A stretch of 61,390 bases of DNA, filler included, from Sphacelaria rigidula (lineage: Eukaryota): assembly GCA_964200075.2 (NCBI GenBank). It is 7 parts of 7 records of this genome, joined end to end, with 100 filler letters (N's around TTAATTAATTAA, not from the genome) between each part and the next. Parts side by side here need not be neighbours in the genome. Positions count along the whole stretch, not along the records: positions 17,571 to 26,254 come from CAXNAA020010387.1; positions 26,355 to 35,038 come from CAXNAA020010388.1; positions 35,139 to 43,822 come from CAXNAA020010389.1; 4 more parts are not named here. One strand, given 5' to 3'. This document shows, piece by piece, positions 22,545 to 36,128 of the stretch. Positions within the stretch are counted from its first letter, which is position 1. Every line of letters starts with the position of its first letter. Position numbers and translations under genes: made by a program. The notes beneath the pieces are model-generated. The model was given only the letters and a program-made list of their open reading frames with translations. It searched no databases and was not told where the DNA came from.

Positions 22545-25500
22545 TAATACGGTATTACCCTCATATTCTAACATACAACGGTAAAGAATACAGTCTTATG
22601 CAAAAAAAAATGCAACTCAAATGCGAAGATGCCCGTATACGAGAATCATACGCACCTCATGTATCTTTCGACGGTTCAGAAGTGTGTTTTCAGTGCGAGT
22701 CAAGCGTTACTTTGCTTGTGGATTTCTCTGCCGTGTATGAACGAACCGGCGTGAAACTTGGCAGAGAGGTAGACCACAACACAGACAGCATATTCCCGGA
22801 TCGGCGGCACGTTTTACGCGGTGCGCCAGACGCACGAAGCCAATACGGATTTTGGGCAATCCCATCGATACGCCCTCAAAACGGAGTCCCCTCGACCCAG
22901 ACTGCGTGACACGTCAGTGGATGCATTTGTTGACACGCAGATGCGCTCACTTCCACATCATGACCTGCTGGGTGGCTCCTGCCCCGACAAACAAACGTCG
23001 ATTCGTATTGGGCACACTCTGAATGATGTCATTCTACGAGGTACCCATATTGGTATCGCCTGTAGAGGTGCTTACTTCAGAAGGCACGGCCGTGCAAGGG
23101 CTGTCAGTGCTTTTACGCGCTGAAACTTCGACCATACGTGTTCTGCAGACAACAGACAACAACCTCATCTTGCTCAATCTGGGGTTGCGCAGTGTGTGCG
23201 TGCGTATTGGGGCGAAAAGATGCCGGATTCTGTTCCGGATTTATTCTTTTTTTAATTTGGCGAAAGACTGATATGACCATGCAACATATGACCCACCCTG
23301 GCGATCAAAAGGTTGATACAGATGCCAGATACGAGCTGGGCCAGCCAACAATGGGTGGTTTTATCGCTCAGGCGACGCACGGCGCGATATTAGGTGTCAA
23401 AGGCTGAAAAACATTTCACAACAGCTTTTTATGATCGACATCGAGAACATCACGTGAGCAGCAAAAAAAAAACAAGAACAAGAAAACAGGAAGTTATGAG
23501 GATTTGAAATTTCAGCAAAAACAAGATGAGGTCATAAGTTCAGGAAAAAAATGAGAATCTGCAGCTGCTCAGGGGATGTATCATTTCCTTGGGTGCAGAA
23601 GATCTTCGTGACTTTTCAGTCAAAGAGTCGTCAAATCGGGCCGTGCGTGCAACGTTTTGCGTGACGCTGCTGCACCCCACATATACCCAGTGCAGGGTGA
23701 TTGCTGACGTGAACCCACCGCGTTAAAAAAAACAACACTCCGACACGCTATCGCCCAACGATACGAGGCGCACCCCGTACTCTACGCAGTACAATAACGT
23801 CATCGGCAATACGACGCCAATCGAACAGCGATGCAATCCTTTGTCATCAGGTGGGNNNNNNNNNNTGTGGTGTGAGCAAGTGTCAGCCGCTTTTAAGCTA
23901 GCCCAGCTCGTACTAGATGCCAGAAAGGCAACTAGAGTCGCCTGGGTTTGATTGCCCGGAGGTCGCGGTCGGTTGTATTCTCAGCGCATTCGATTCGCGC
24001 TGGTGATGAAGAAAGGAAATACTGCCTTCCTTCGTTGCCGTCACAGGATAAAGGTGTACTGTAGTAGAGCACGGTCTGAGTCGACGAAGACTCGGAGTTT
24101 CACTTATTATTACGATTGATATTATTGTCATTGTTATTATCATTATTGTTACTAATAGTACTATATCCATCACATTAGCTCGATCTCTCGAACCCGGGGT
24201 CACATATATCGCTCCCGAATGTGTCGGCGGGTACCTTGCGAACCACGTTTCAAAATTTTCGGTCCCAATTCAAAAGCTTGAGCTCAGTATGGCGATATTT
24301 GCACGTGTTTCAAGATCGCTTTGCTCATTATTGCGTACAACTCGAGCCGGGCCAGCCAAGAAACCGATTTTTGAGGTTGGAACGTTTTACCGCGCTGAAC
24401 CTCAGGAGGTAGAGGCCTTGACATTTTGACACGATATTTCTATAATCAATACGTAGGAAATAGCGAAAGTTGCCCGTCAAAAATATGTATATTTACAGCA
24501 ATTTTACATTTCGAAACTCACGAAGAGGCCTTGTCAAATTTCGGCTGCCGATACCTTATGCAGGCCCTCTCTGAACGACACGAAAAACATACCCCCCAGA
24601 AGAAGAAAAAGGTCGAAAAAAATGCCCTTAGATTATTGGTCGCTGCGATACTCCCCGTTCGCGCCCTCGAAAAAAAGAGGCAGCCTCCAAAGCAATTTTA
24701 TCTGTCTTGGTGTTTGCACAGGGGTGGTGGGCTAGGAAAGATATACCCTTGAACATTTGGACTGAAGAGATATACTATTTATGAAGAACTATTATCGTTC
24801 GATATTCTTGACGCACGTCAATTTTGCATATGTGCTGTAGCTGTGCCTTGATGGGAAAAAAAAAAATGGGAAAACACGTGTTCTCGCCTCATTCAGCCGT
24901 GCGCAATAGGGCACTCGTCCACTAAACCCGCCGTACGCTAGTAGTTCGGCCAGATTTCCTCAAGGTGTACCCGATGTGATATTTGTTTTTCCTGAAATAC
25001 CTCTTTTGCCCGCTCTCATCTGCAACGTGCGCTCTATCTTGAGAGACAGAGGCAGACAGAGAGACGGGGACAAGGGGAGGAGGGGGAGGGGGGAGGGCGA
25101 CACTATCATGTGTTTGACACGAAATAAACACTCATTTTCCCGACATGCCTGCTGGTGGAAGAAGAGCCTCGACACGACAAAACGAAACCGCCACATATTT
25201 TCCCCGACGTGACACCAAGTTGGGAGTCCAACATGATTGGCGCTCGGAGAGGTTAATAAATGCCAGACGAGGGAACGTATTTGGGAAAAGGAGCGATCTT
25301 ACCCGGTGCGCACCCTGTGGACCCCAGGCCGAACTAGGGTGCGGCGTTTTCTTTTTCATTATTATCGTTATTCTGCGCATGGCCGTATGAGGCGAGAACA
25401 CACGTTTCTCCCTGTCTATAATTCTATATATGTATGTATACATGTGTTTTCTGTCAAGGCACAGGTGCAGCGCGTATCCAAGATCTGACGTGCGTCAAGA

Positions 25501-26188
25501 ATTCCGAGCAACAGCAGCGTTTGTGGCGTGTCATGCCAATTGGGTATGATGGGTCATGAATAGTACCTTTTTTGGTACAAGTGTTCGCAGATCTATACCT
25601 CTTCCATGTTTTCCATTCCGTGTTCTCTCTACTCCAGAAGTGGTAGAAGACAAGTAGGATGAAGTCTTGTACTCTCCCATGAGACAGGAACGTGGTGGTA
25701 CGCATGCAAGAATCTTTGAATGTGGTTCAAGGGAGAAACGGACGGGGTGAACTACTGTTGTATGTGCTTTATAAGTCAAGCCGTTGATTGTGTGGGATTC
25801 GTCACTATGGACCACCGGAAAACCAACGCTCTTTGTTGTACGCGGAAAATAGATATCCCAGGCCGCGAAGCTCGTCGTGATCGTTATTTCCCCGTATCTC
25901 CACGCGAGCGTTTCATTTCCACCGTGCCGGACTCGTATAACTGCGTTACCGAGCACCGCTGTCTGTATCAGAATGGCGCGGGGTGGAATCGATGGAGGCT
26001 GGCCTACTTATTAGCCCTATCGTCTTGACAACGATCAACACTCCACTCACCCCACATGATCTGAAAAGGTCGAGAAAATTGAGAACCTCTGCACTGGCTG
26101 CACAGCTACCAATCATACATCCACCTTGTACCCCTTGAAAACACATCTACAAGAGAGCACGTCGCTCCGCCTGATGAGAAGGATTTAC

Positions 26189-26254
26189 ACATACATACAT
26201 GCATACATACATACATACATACATACATACATACATACATACATACATACATAC
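26189..26254 (+). repeat. (CATA)n microsatellite at contig end, possibly a retroposon tail
   Basis: Direct reading. Confidence 0.9.
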
Positions 26255-26354
26255 NNNNNNNNNNNNNNNNNNNNNNNNNNNNNNNNNNNNNNNNNNNNTT
26301 AATTAATTAANNNNNNNNNNNNNNNNNNNNNNNNNNNNNNNNNNNNNNNNNNNN
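26255..26354. other. Artificial contig linker
   Basis: 44N-TTAATTAATTAA-44N. Confidence 0.97.
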
Positions 26355-26943
26355 GACCATCGACAAGGGGGAGGGGGGTACCCATGATCATGCATGCCAT
26401 AGTCATGAGACCAGGGGGGGGGGGGGTAGAGTATTCAGGGCGGGGGATGGCCCGGTTCTATCCATGAGGAGTCCTTTTCCCCGTTCCTGGTTTGTGCTCC
26501 ATTCCACAGTGTTTTCAGCCGCTCTTTCATTGTATACTTTGTCGGGGTGCTGTCTTGAAGGGTGGGTTCGTAGTGTGTGCGCGTGCGGCCTGCGTTCGTC
26601 CATGAGACGTGATGACAACACACCATGTTTGTATGGAGGGCAGTCTGAGTCTTTCGCTAAATGAAAAGCGTTATCTCACCTCTCGATTCAAGGATATTGG
26701 TTATCGTATCACTGTCAACTACAGCTTGCACGTGACAGGGATCTGGGATAGTGACGCTGAGTCTGACCTTTACCATCACCTTCGGAACGCTAGACACGAT
26801 GCAGAACGTTGCGGGGAATGTTTTCACACACTAATGTTGCGCGAACGAAGTACTACTGTTGCGTGGTGCGACGTCAGCTTGTTTTCTCCAGGCTGCCATT
26901 CGCTGCCATTTTGCTGAAGCAACACTGCAACACTCGGCGGCAG

Positions 26944-29900
26944 GTGCATTACCTTCGGGACCCGGCTGTGGACGTGATCATCGTCATGGAAAAGGGGAAG
27001 ATCGCCGCTCGCGGACGGTAATCTAGCGCTAAAGCGCTAAGCACACCTTTTCTCGAAAATTATTATTGTTTTGTCACCAGGTCAGCGGTGCATGTACATA
27101 TTTCCCGGAGTTTGGCAACTCTATTTCACGCGTTACATGCTCTATTTCGAGGTGCTCGTTTAGTTGCGGCTCTTTTACCTTCGGTATTGCATACAGTCGT
27201 GGCTCGTAGAGATCGGAACTTCGTGTCCCTCAGAATCTCTTAGACCTGTCACGGGGAAAAGTATTCAGAACAGGACTCCGAAATATGTTCTGTCGAAAGA
27301 CGACCTTTGCCCTTGTTAGCATGGCATGTGCCCTCCGAAAAACAGTTGTGTGGCTTGGAGGAAAGAAATAAAGGCGAACCATGCAACGATATATCGTGCG
27401 TGCCTGAGAGCCAATGGTTTACTGTCGAGGGGGGCGAATTCACACTTCGAGTGCAAGGGCCGACGAACCCGTGAAAGGTACGGCGAAGCATGTGAAGAAC
27501 GCCAGTTTTATCTCCTCGACTGCCCTGCCTTACTTCGGCGTACTTCGACGTACAGAGGCATTTCTTCCTGAGGTGTAATTGCTTCTCATCCCCGTTCTTT
27601 AATATTCAAAATAATATATGTTTGGAGTTGAACCCCTTCCCACACACACATACACATACACACCGCACACCTCTTGACTCTGTACGCTCCGATATCAACG
27701 CCACCATGTTGAACAACAGATACGAAGATTTGGAAGCCAGCGGAAGCCTAGCTGTTCTCGACAGCTCAACTAGCATGACCAGTCCCGAACGGGGCAGGAT
27801 GGAGGGGGAAAGCTCCAGCATCTTGGATGAAGAGTCGGTCGAGCGCCAAGACGCCGTGGACACGCTGGAGGGGTCTGCTGCGGCGCCCCTAGGCGGTAAG
27901 GCGGCGATTGAGTTCCATGTTCGAGGGCTACAGGTATTGCTGATTGTTTACTCCTAACTGTTCATTTTATGGCAGAATATTTCGGCGATATAGGCAGCAC
28001 AAGATTTTATCTTCCCTCTCTCCCTGCTGTCTCTTTCGTGCTTCATCCGAAAGTTCTTTCATGCAGTGTTCCTAATCCAACTTCATACGGACGCCCTGCC
28101 CGTGTAAGTTCAAACATCGGCGCCGAAATCATAGCTACTTCACGATACCTTCTTAACTAACCGCTCTAGTTCTCGATTCGTTTCACGCCCGTCTTTTCCC
28201 CCACCCAGCCCCCGCACCTAAGCACAAGGCGCAACTGATTAGTGTCTTCAGGGCGTTGCGGTTCGGGGTCGGGGTCAGCCTGGGTGTGCTCGACGAACCA
28301 CAAAGTCAATGGTCAGACGAACTATCAACAATTCTAGAAGGCCGAGTGATGATAGCCCTCTCCTTTTGCGGTCGCCACCCGATTCGCTCGAACACCCCCA
28401 GGTGTTTTTGCTGGGGGGAGCACGCAACATCCCCAGCAGCAACATCAGCGTGGGAGCAGCAACAGAAACGAGGCGTGTACAAGCAAACGGGCGGGTGGTG
28501 GCAAAAAACCCGACGTGAACAGCACGCAACGTCCTGCCGCGGAGCTTGTTGTGGAGGAAGACAAAGAGGTCGGCAGTTGCATACCGTTTGATGGACGGCA
28601 GGGGGCGGGGCGAGGGGGCATGTCAACACTGGACGGGCCATTTCGCTGGATGTTCGCCCTGTTATCATGTTTTGAGAGACAAACATATTTTTAACCCGGC
28701 CGAACGGGATCGACTCTTGATTACAGAAACGAGGATGTTCTCTTACGCTAACGAGTGTTCTTCTTTTTCGTTTCCTTCACCTACTGGTTTGTTTCGATGA
28801 GCAAGCAGTAAGAAACATATTCACGTGTTGCGCGGAAAACGAGTGAATGCTTCGAATGCTCATTTTGAAGCGTACTCGGTTTTTCACTCCAAAGACTGAA
28901 CGTGTGAACGAGGCTCGAGGAGGGCGAGGAAGAGATGCTCCTGTCGGCACCTGAGCGGTGTTGGTTTGGGCACGAATTATAACCGAGTGTACGATAGGCA
29001 TGGGGGGGTGTTTTAGTCAGTCCAGCTGAAAAAATTGACCTTTTGACACGTTTTTTATTCACTCCCCTTCATTTTGTCTCACTTTTGCTCGGGTTGTCGC
29101 GTAAATCGTTTCGGCCATCGTGCGCTTGATCCGAAGACGGGTACAGTTAAACGCAGCACGTACTGGGAATACGCAAGGGAGGCTGCGGGCATATGGCAGG
29201 TCGTGGTTCTCCTTATTGCGCTGGCCCTGGGACAGGTGACACACACGTATTCGCGTTACGAAAGTACATCATTTTGAACATTATCAAAGTTCGAGTTTAG
29301 ATTTGTGTGTTTTGAAAACTGCTCCTCGTCGCCGCACGCAATCATATCAAAGCGCGACGCAAAATGGCGCCAGTCGCGCGCCACGAAGTTCCAGGTGGCT
29401 GTTGCTACGACGCTTGGCGCGGCTTCGCTCGTCGTTAAGGTGCTGGCTAGTTGGGTCGGCGAGAGGGGGTCGTCTCAATGCAGGCACTAGTAGTGGTGGT
29501 CAAGCTGTAGGCTGCTCGGGCGCTCCACGGGAAGCATGGCACAGTTGGATAGAACTAAAATGTCTTCAGTAAAGCACATATGCCAGCGTATTCTATGAAT
29601 ACTCTGCTTTGTCGGGCCGAGTCGATAACCACGCGCCACGTGTGCGTATTTCATGTGTTTTGCGGGTGCAGGCGTTGGTGATGGCGGTTACGGTATGGAT
29701 TGCTCTCTGGTCCGATCAGGATGAGGAGGAACAGAGCCGCACGTTCTACGCATCCACGCTGGCGTTTCTGGCGGTGGCCGCCGTGGTCGTGTCAGTTACC
29801 CGATCGGTCCTCGTCTTCTTTGCACTGGTCAAGGTGACCTACAAATGTTTCGGGTCGTCTCGGACCGAACGTTCGCTATTTTGCCTCCGCCGAATTGGTC

Positions 29901-32900
29901 AAGGTGTTTTCGGAACACTTTCGTTGTCTTCTGCGAGCTGTGTGAACTATTGGTCGGTTTATCGCCCCCGGACACACACGTACCCTCATATCAGGAAGTT
30001 GCGAAGTGGCGGAGTAGCTACAATTTGTCACACTCTGGACGATGATCATAGAATACTTTATCAATGAAAGCACTGCGCACAGTATCGACCATCATGTCTA
30101 TTGCAACATAAAATAGATTCCATACTGCAATGCCGTGCACTTGTTCGACATTGTAATCTATTGTTCAGGGTGTGCACTTTGTTCGACTTGAGTCATAACA
30201 GGTAGACCGAACTGAGGCTCTAAGGCCGAAGTTCATTAGAGCAGGGTGGCACGTGCAGTGCGCCAAGTTGGCGGGGGGTTTGAGTCGGTTCGACCCCAAT
30301 ACTTCCTTGAGCAAAGCTTTCCGAACGCTCGAGGCGCACACACTCTCATTTTCTACCTCAAATCCTTATATGGTTCGGCCCACTACTACCACGTCAAGAA
30401 TATGGCACCACACCCGATCGAGACTCGTTTGCTTCCGTTCGCGCGTGGAATCAATCTTCACCCGTCCTCAGGCCTCTCACCGGATGCACGACCGCATGCT
30501 CCGGCGTGTCGTCCGCGCCCCTGTGCTGTTCTTCGACTCCAACCCGGTGGGCCGTATCCTCAACCGCTTCACCAAGGACATACACTTCATGGACGACATG
30601 CTTCCAATGACGCTGTACGACTTTCTCACGTGCCTTTTGATGGTCGTGGGCAGCGTGTCGATCGTGCTCGTTGCAAGCCCCTGGGTTGTACTCAGGTGGG
30701 CATTGCTGCGGATTTCTGAAGCAACCAAATGTTCATTGACAACAGTGTAGTGTTCAGGTCCGTTTCGCGATCAAGATATTATGTTATTTTGGGTCCGGGC
30801 TTGATATTGTTCCTCGTGACGATACATCGGAGTTGATACTGTACAGCCTTCTATTGAGCCTCATTTCTCGTGTTGAATGCCTTCTTCCCGAAGCTTCGAT
30901 TTTTCCGAGAAGATCCGAATCGTGAGAGCGGACTAGGTCTGGACAATGACTCTCCTACGAGGTACGTGGGATTTTCCTCTGGTTATTTCGTCGGCAATAG
31001 AGAGTTGCTGGAAACGCTTTTTGTGTCATTTCAGAGTACAAGTATCTCAGGATCAGAGTGCAGAACAAAGGAAAAGACCCACCTCATCGAAGAAACGTGA
31101 AGGGGACATCACATTTGACGGATGGAAAATGAGGTATTGGAACTCTGGAATGACAAAAAAGCGTTTTCCGAAACTCTTGAATATCAGTTCACGGGAAAAT
31201 CAGATGAAGTGATGAGAACAGCCTGGCGTTGCCTTCAAAATAGAAATCATCGCTCACGAGACAAAGCTGTCGGAAACCGGAAGGTTGCCGCTCTGCTCTT
31301 GGATATAGATGGTGGACGTATACCCGCCATTACGTGAGCACATTCACAGCATTGTCCTGCACTTGTCAGGGCAGTGTGGTAGCACTGCATGTCTAGTTTA
31401 GTACATACCTCGTTGACAGCAACGCTCTGAGCGTCTGCCATCCGGGGGCATCCGCGCCTAGCTGCTGCCCGCCTCCATGCGCCACAACCTACAATGGTCT
31501 AATGGCTATGGCATGCATGATTATGAGTACACCCTCCCCCCTCCCATTAGGAAGGTGACAAGATATGTGAAAGGTTTTGTATAATATATGGAAGAAAAGT
31601 AAGGAGTGCCCGAATATTGGAGGTGCCTCTATTAGGAGTAGGAACGGTGTTCCGTCTCGAAAAGGATGCGTGGTGAATGGCCAAACGGCTAAGGCAAGCA
31701 ACAAATGAGTACGCCCCCACTCCCCCCCCATCCCCTACACATCACCACCCTGTTTTGTCGTGTTTGCTTGCTCTACCGCAGTTTGGTCCCCTCCGGGATG
31801 TACTTGATCTACCTCCTGAATTACTACATGAAGACCAGCCGAGAAGTCAAGGTATGATGCATCCGACTTTATTCCGCGCGGCTTCGATTGCGATTGGTGT
31901 GCTTGGGCGCTGCAAAACATTGTTGTCGTTTGGACTTATGTCCGTCCAGTTTGATGCACACGCGACCTACATCTAGCCGTCCACACGGCACACACCGAAA
32001 GTTGTCGAAAGCTACAAGGGCTATCCCGCCACTCTGGTAGTCCGTGGGTCCGTCACTACCAGCTACTATTGTGGCCCCCGATTCCACAGACTCAGTTGTT
32101 TCATGACTCCCAACAATCGAATTTCTACACCACTTTCGAGGCTATAATCCCATGCAGCAAGTTGCCAAATGAGAACTCGACTTGAACATAATGGTATCAC
32201 CTCAACCTCGTATAGCTCCGAGTCTCCAACCGCCGAATTACTGTCGTGCGGGCTGCAGGTAAGTCGGTGCATTGCTGCGTCGACATGATAACCCCAGCCC
32301 CGCATCATGTGGTGAGCTAGCAAGGGCAAAACATGGAAGATGATGAACGAGACCTTGAACAAGAAACGTCCCTCGAGTGGATGCAGAGGGACGACGACGC
32401 CCTCGTCTTGTCGTTCGTAACTCTATCGCTTCGCAACACGACATAATGTTTACTGATGCTGAAACTATCGGGGTCGCAATGCACGAATGGCCTCACAAAA
32501 AATTGCAAGGACAAAAGTGAAGCGCGTGTCTCGTTGGCGGTGAGCAGCGCGATGAAGAAACTGCCCGCAGATTTCGAACGCGTCCCCTCCGACACATGGC
32601 TCGTACTGACCGCGTCTCGACTGGACTAATGCGATCGCCTCGATACGGCCGAACAAAAACAACGAACCAAGTAAACGGTTCCTTCACCGTGGTACGTCGT
32701 TTTTGGAGTGTTCCAAATTTGCGTTTCATAGGTCGCGAGTGTTCGTCATGCTCACGTTGCGCATTCACAAGGTGATTTCCCGACCGACCTTGGCGTCGGA
32801 AGTCCAGCCTCAGATTAACCTACAAGTAGAGCCCTTCACTTGAACCTTCAAGTCGCATGTAAAGTTTGACTTGAAGTTTGAAGCCTGGAGTCGAACAGCT

Positions 32901-35038
32901 GATTCTCAACTTGAAACTTCATCTTGAAGTTACACTAGTGTTGGAGGATTGTGGCTATTGTTGACTTCTTTATCTGGTTGTTCATAGGTTGTGACCGTCC
33001 CTCGCACTCTCGCACTCTTCGTCGGCAAACACGCAGCGTTTGGAGGCCGTGACCAGGAGCCCGGTGTATTCTCAGCTCTCAGAAACCCTGGACGGCTTGG
33101 TTACTATCCGCGCCTTCGGGGCTCAAAGTACGTGCCACATCGTCTACTTGGGATTGGGGTGACGGAACGTTTCGAGAGTATAGGGGCACAGTTGTCAATT
33201 CTTTTTAAAGGGTGTAATGAATCTCTCATCAAGTACTGACAAACTTTGCAGGCTCGTCGAACAATAGATAAGGTAACACCTCTTGATTTTTTTTTATATC
33301 CAAATTTTCACATTTCGTGAATCGTTGTTCTTTCACGCGCTCTCTCACGAGCTTTTGCCTCAATAGTACGCTTGGGCAACATACTTTGGAGCGAGTGACT
33401 GGTTGTATCCGCCGCCATCTGTTCGGCATATATACATGGGTCATCATCCGTAGCTCTGGGCATGCTTGCCGCATGCAATATACAGAGGGCTACACAAATG
33501 CCCTAGTGGTAAAGCTGTCTGGTCAATGGCTACTTCGGGTGGACTTGGGGAGTTCGAATCTCGGCGATTGATATTACAGTGATCCTCCCATATAGCATCC
33601 TCTGTCTGTTGCTGGACACATGGGGACTTAGGGATCAAAACAAAAATGGACACAAGTTGGCGGACGGTGGCAGTGCTCGTCAGCATCCAACGCTCGGTCG
33701 CGGAATTGTTGGGCAAGTAATGGGGGGAGAGATGTGTTGATTTTTCGAGACTGTCGACTCGTCCCGAGGATGTGCGGGGGGTCAGAGGAGGAAGTCATGC
33801 TACGATAGGGGGCGGGGGGGGCGTACTCATTTGTTGCTTGCCTTAGTCATTTGACCATTGACCACGCATCCCTTTCGAGACGGAGCAGGGGAGGTGTTCG
33901 AGTCCACGAAATATTGTGCTCATAGGTGCGTCAGACGACCCAACACACTCGCGGTGCACTTGCATTTGGGTAAAAGCGGTGTCAAACAGCATGAATGGGC
34001 GTTATGAATCGGAAGCAAGCGCGTTCGCACTACCGTTGCTATCAATCACGATTGCAAGTAGAATTTTGGGGAACAAAACGACCCGAAATAACCCCCGTTC
34101 CCTATCATAGCATGCTTCTAGAACGAGAAGAAACAAAACCAAGACATATTTATTCCCCGGTGTATATGTATATATGCGAAACCGAGCTATTTCTGTGTCA
34201 CGAATGTGGTGTGTGTGTATGTGAGCAAGTATAATAGCCTCATCATATGGCCCCATGATGTCCTACCTACGGTACCATGACTTGTGCGCTCACCAAGTGC
34301 AACCCAAGAAAGTCACTCGCAAGTGCTGGGTCGATATCTGAGCGAAAATAGATATATCATGAGAGTTTACAACAGTGAGAGAACAAAAGCACCATAGGCC
34401 GATAGGAACACAACACGGGCGACTGCAAGGTTTAGAAGATGAGAATGACCTGTCAGAGCTGTGGTACTCTGACGTCAGTTCACAGTATTGCACGAGTCAG
34501 CCATGCGCCCTTTGTCAATATCGATCTTACGCGCACGTTGAAGCAAAGCTGAGTGCATGACGCGGGTACATATGAGCAGTGCTGGGGTAGTAGCGTCGAA
34601 AGCTCGGAACTTGGAAAAAACGCGGAAAGGGCAGAGACTTTGAGCTTTCTAAGATGGTATACTCATCTCACCACACACATGAACACACACATGAACACAC
34701 ACACACACACAACCGCCCCACGTACCATGATCCACCCATGCATTGCGCCGTGTTATGTGGAAATCCTGCTCCTTGTTTCTGCCTATACTCACCATCACTC
34801 ACGTTTGACGTCGGTACTAAGGCTGGCTTCGTGTATCGCTATTCCCATCCGTGAATCTACCTGCATCTACGCCCCGCGCGGGACCGGTCATCAGAACGGT
34901 ACCTGGCCAAATTCATTCGGAGAATGGACGCCAACACACGAGCTTACTTCGCCTACGTCTTTGCAGCTAGATGGCTGGGTTTTCGCGTGGACATGGTTGT
35001 GATCATCGTTCTGCTGGCCAGTTGTTTCGTGTCTGTGG
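26944..35038 (+). CDS. ABC transporter subfamily C (MRP-like): end of NBD1, linker and TMD2 (partial at both ends)
   Basis: Phase-consistent exons 26944-27017, 27720-27895, 28402-28568, 29137-29235, 29672-29833, 30472-30695, 31782-31851, 33037-33127, 34895-35038. ABCC motifs: [105 protein letters not shown]. Confidence 0.95.
31596..31730 (+). repeat. Dispersed repeat family A
   Basis: Core CGTCTCGAAAnGGATGCGTGGTCAATGGTCAAACGACTAAGGCAAGCAACAAATGAGTACGCCCCC. Other copies about 33815-33890 (-), 35139-35190 (+), 41233-41302 (+), 51285-51355 (-, diverged), 60645-60790 (+). Confidence 0.85.
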
Positions 35039-35138
35039 NNNNNNNNNNNNNNNNNNNNNNNNNNNNNNNNNNNNNNNNNNNNTTAATTAATTAANNNNNN
35101 NNNNNNNNNNNNNNNNNNNNNNNNNNNNNNNNNNNNNN
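35039..35138. other. Artificial contig linker
   Basis: 44N-TTAATTAATTAA-44N; cuts an ABCC exon. Confidence 0.97.
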
Positions 35139-36128
35139 TCAATGGTCAAACGACTAAGGCAAGCAACAAATGAGTACGCCCCCCCCCCCCATCGTGTTCG
35201 GGGAGGGTATAGAGCGCTGTCATCCCTGGGTGAGGAGAAACGGGGGGTCTGAGAAGAATCTGTATTGTTGACATGTTCTATCGATGCATCGTTTGTTGGT
35301 TGTATCATGCTTTGAGGGTGCCATGGGTGCATTAAATTCCTGCAACACACCTAAACTATTTCATGTTCTTCATTTTTTCAAAATTCCAAATACGCCAAAA
35401 ACACTTTCATATCATCCACAAGTACTGCCATTCGCACACAATCGGCCGAAACGCTGGCGCCCCAAATTCATGGTAGAAACCATGCCCCGGGGAACGCTAT
35501 TTTCTCGTCCTCTGTGCCACCATGTACGTCCCGCCCGACGCCAACTTGAATAGTGGTTTGTATTCAACTATGTGTCATCTACCAAATTCCGATGTCTTAA
35601 TGAGTTCCCGAAAATTAGTTGAATTCAAAAATCTAAGAAAACATTGCCTTGATGATGTGCCCTGTCGATTGTAGTTGAGAAAGGTGTGGTTGGAAAGTCG
35701 CGGTACAGTCTCGCGTGTTTTTCTTTTATGGGGCGAACAAGTCATGACTATTGGAAGGCGGAGGGAAATGATCAAAGTTGGAGATATTTTTTCAACCCAC
35801 AAAAGTCCAAGATTGCTTGTGTGGACCAAAACAACGTACAACCGTAGGTACTGTACTATATGTGTAGAGATAGATCGACAGATGGACCTCAACGACTAAG
35901 GAAGGGCTCACGTTCAAACAACGGCCCGAAAGTCGTACTTGGGCGGATTATATTACCTCGTACGGCACCGGCCACCGTTCATAAATCACGTACATACCGC
36001 TCATTGATGGGGGCGTCGTGCCGCAAGGCTGAGTAACTCGTAACCTTTTAGCCATGGTTTCGTGACAAATCCATGAATTCACAAACTGGGATGAACGGCA
36101 GGAGGAAGGTTCCCAAGCATCCAAGAAG

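Noticed and set aside
28910..28957. Possible extra ABCC exon (LEEGEEEMLLSAPE)
   Set aside because: Phase does not fit; 28568 joins 29137 directly to give the conserved EEDKETGTV.
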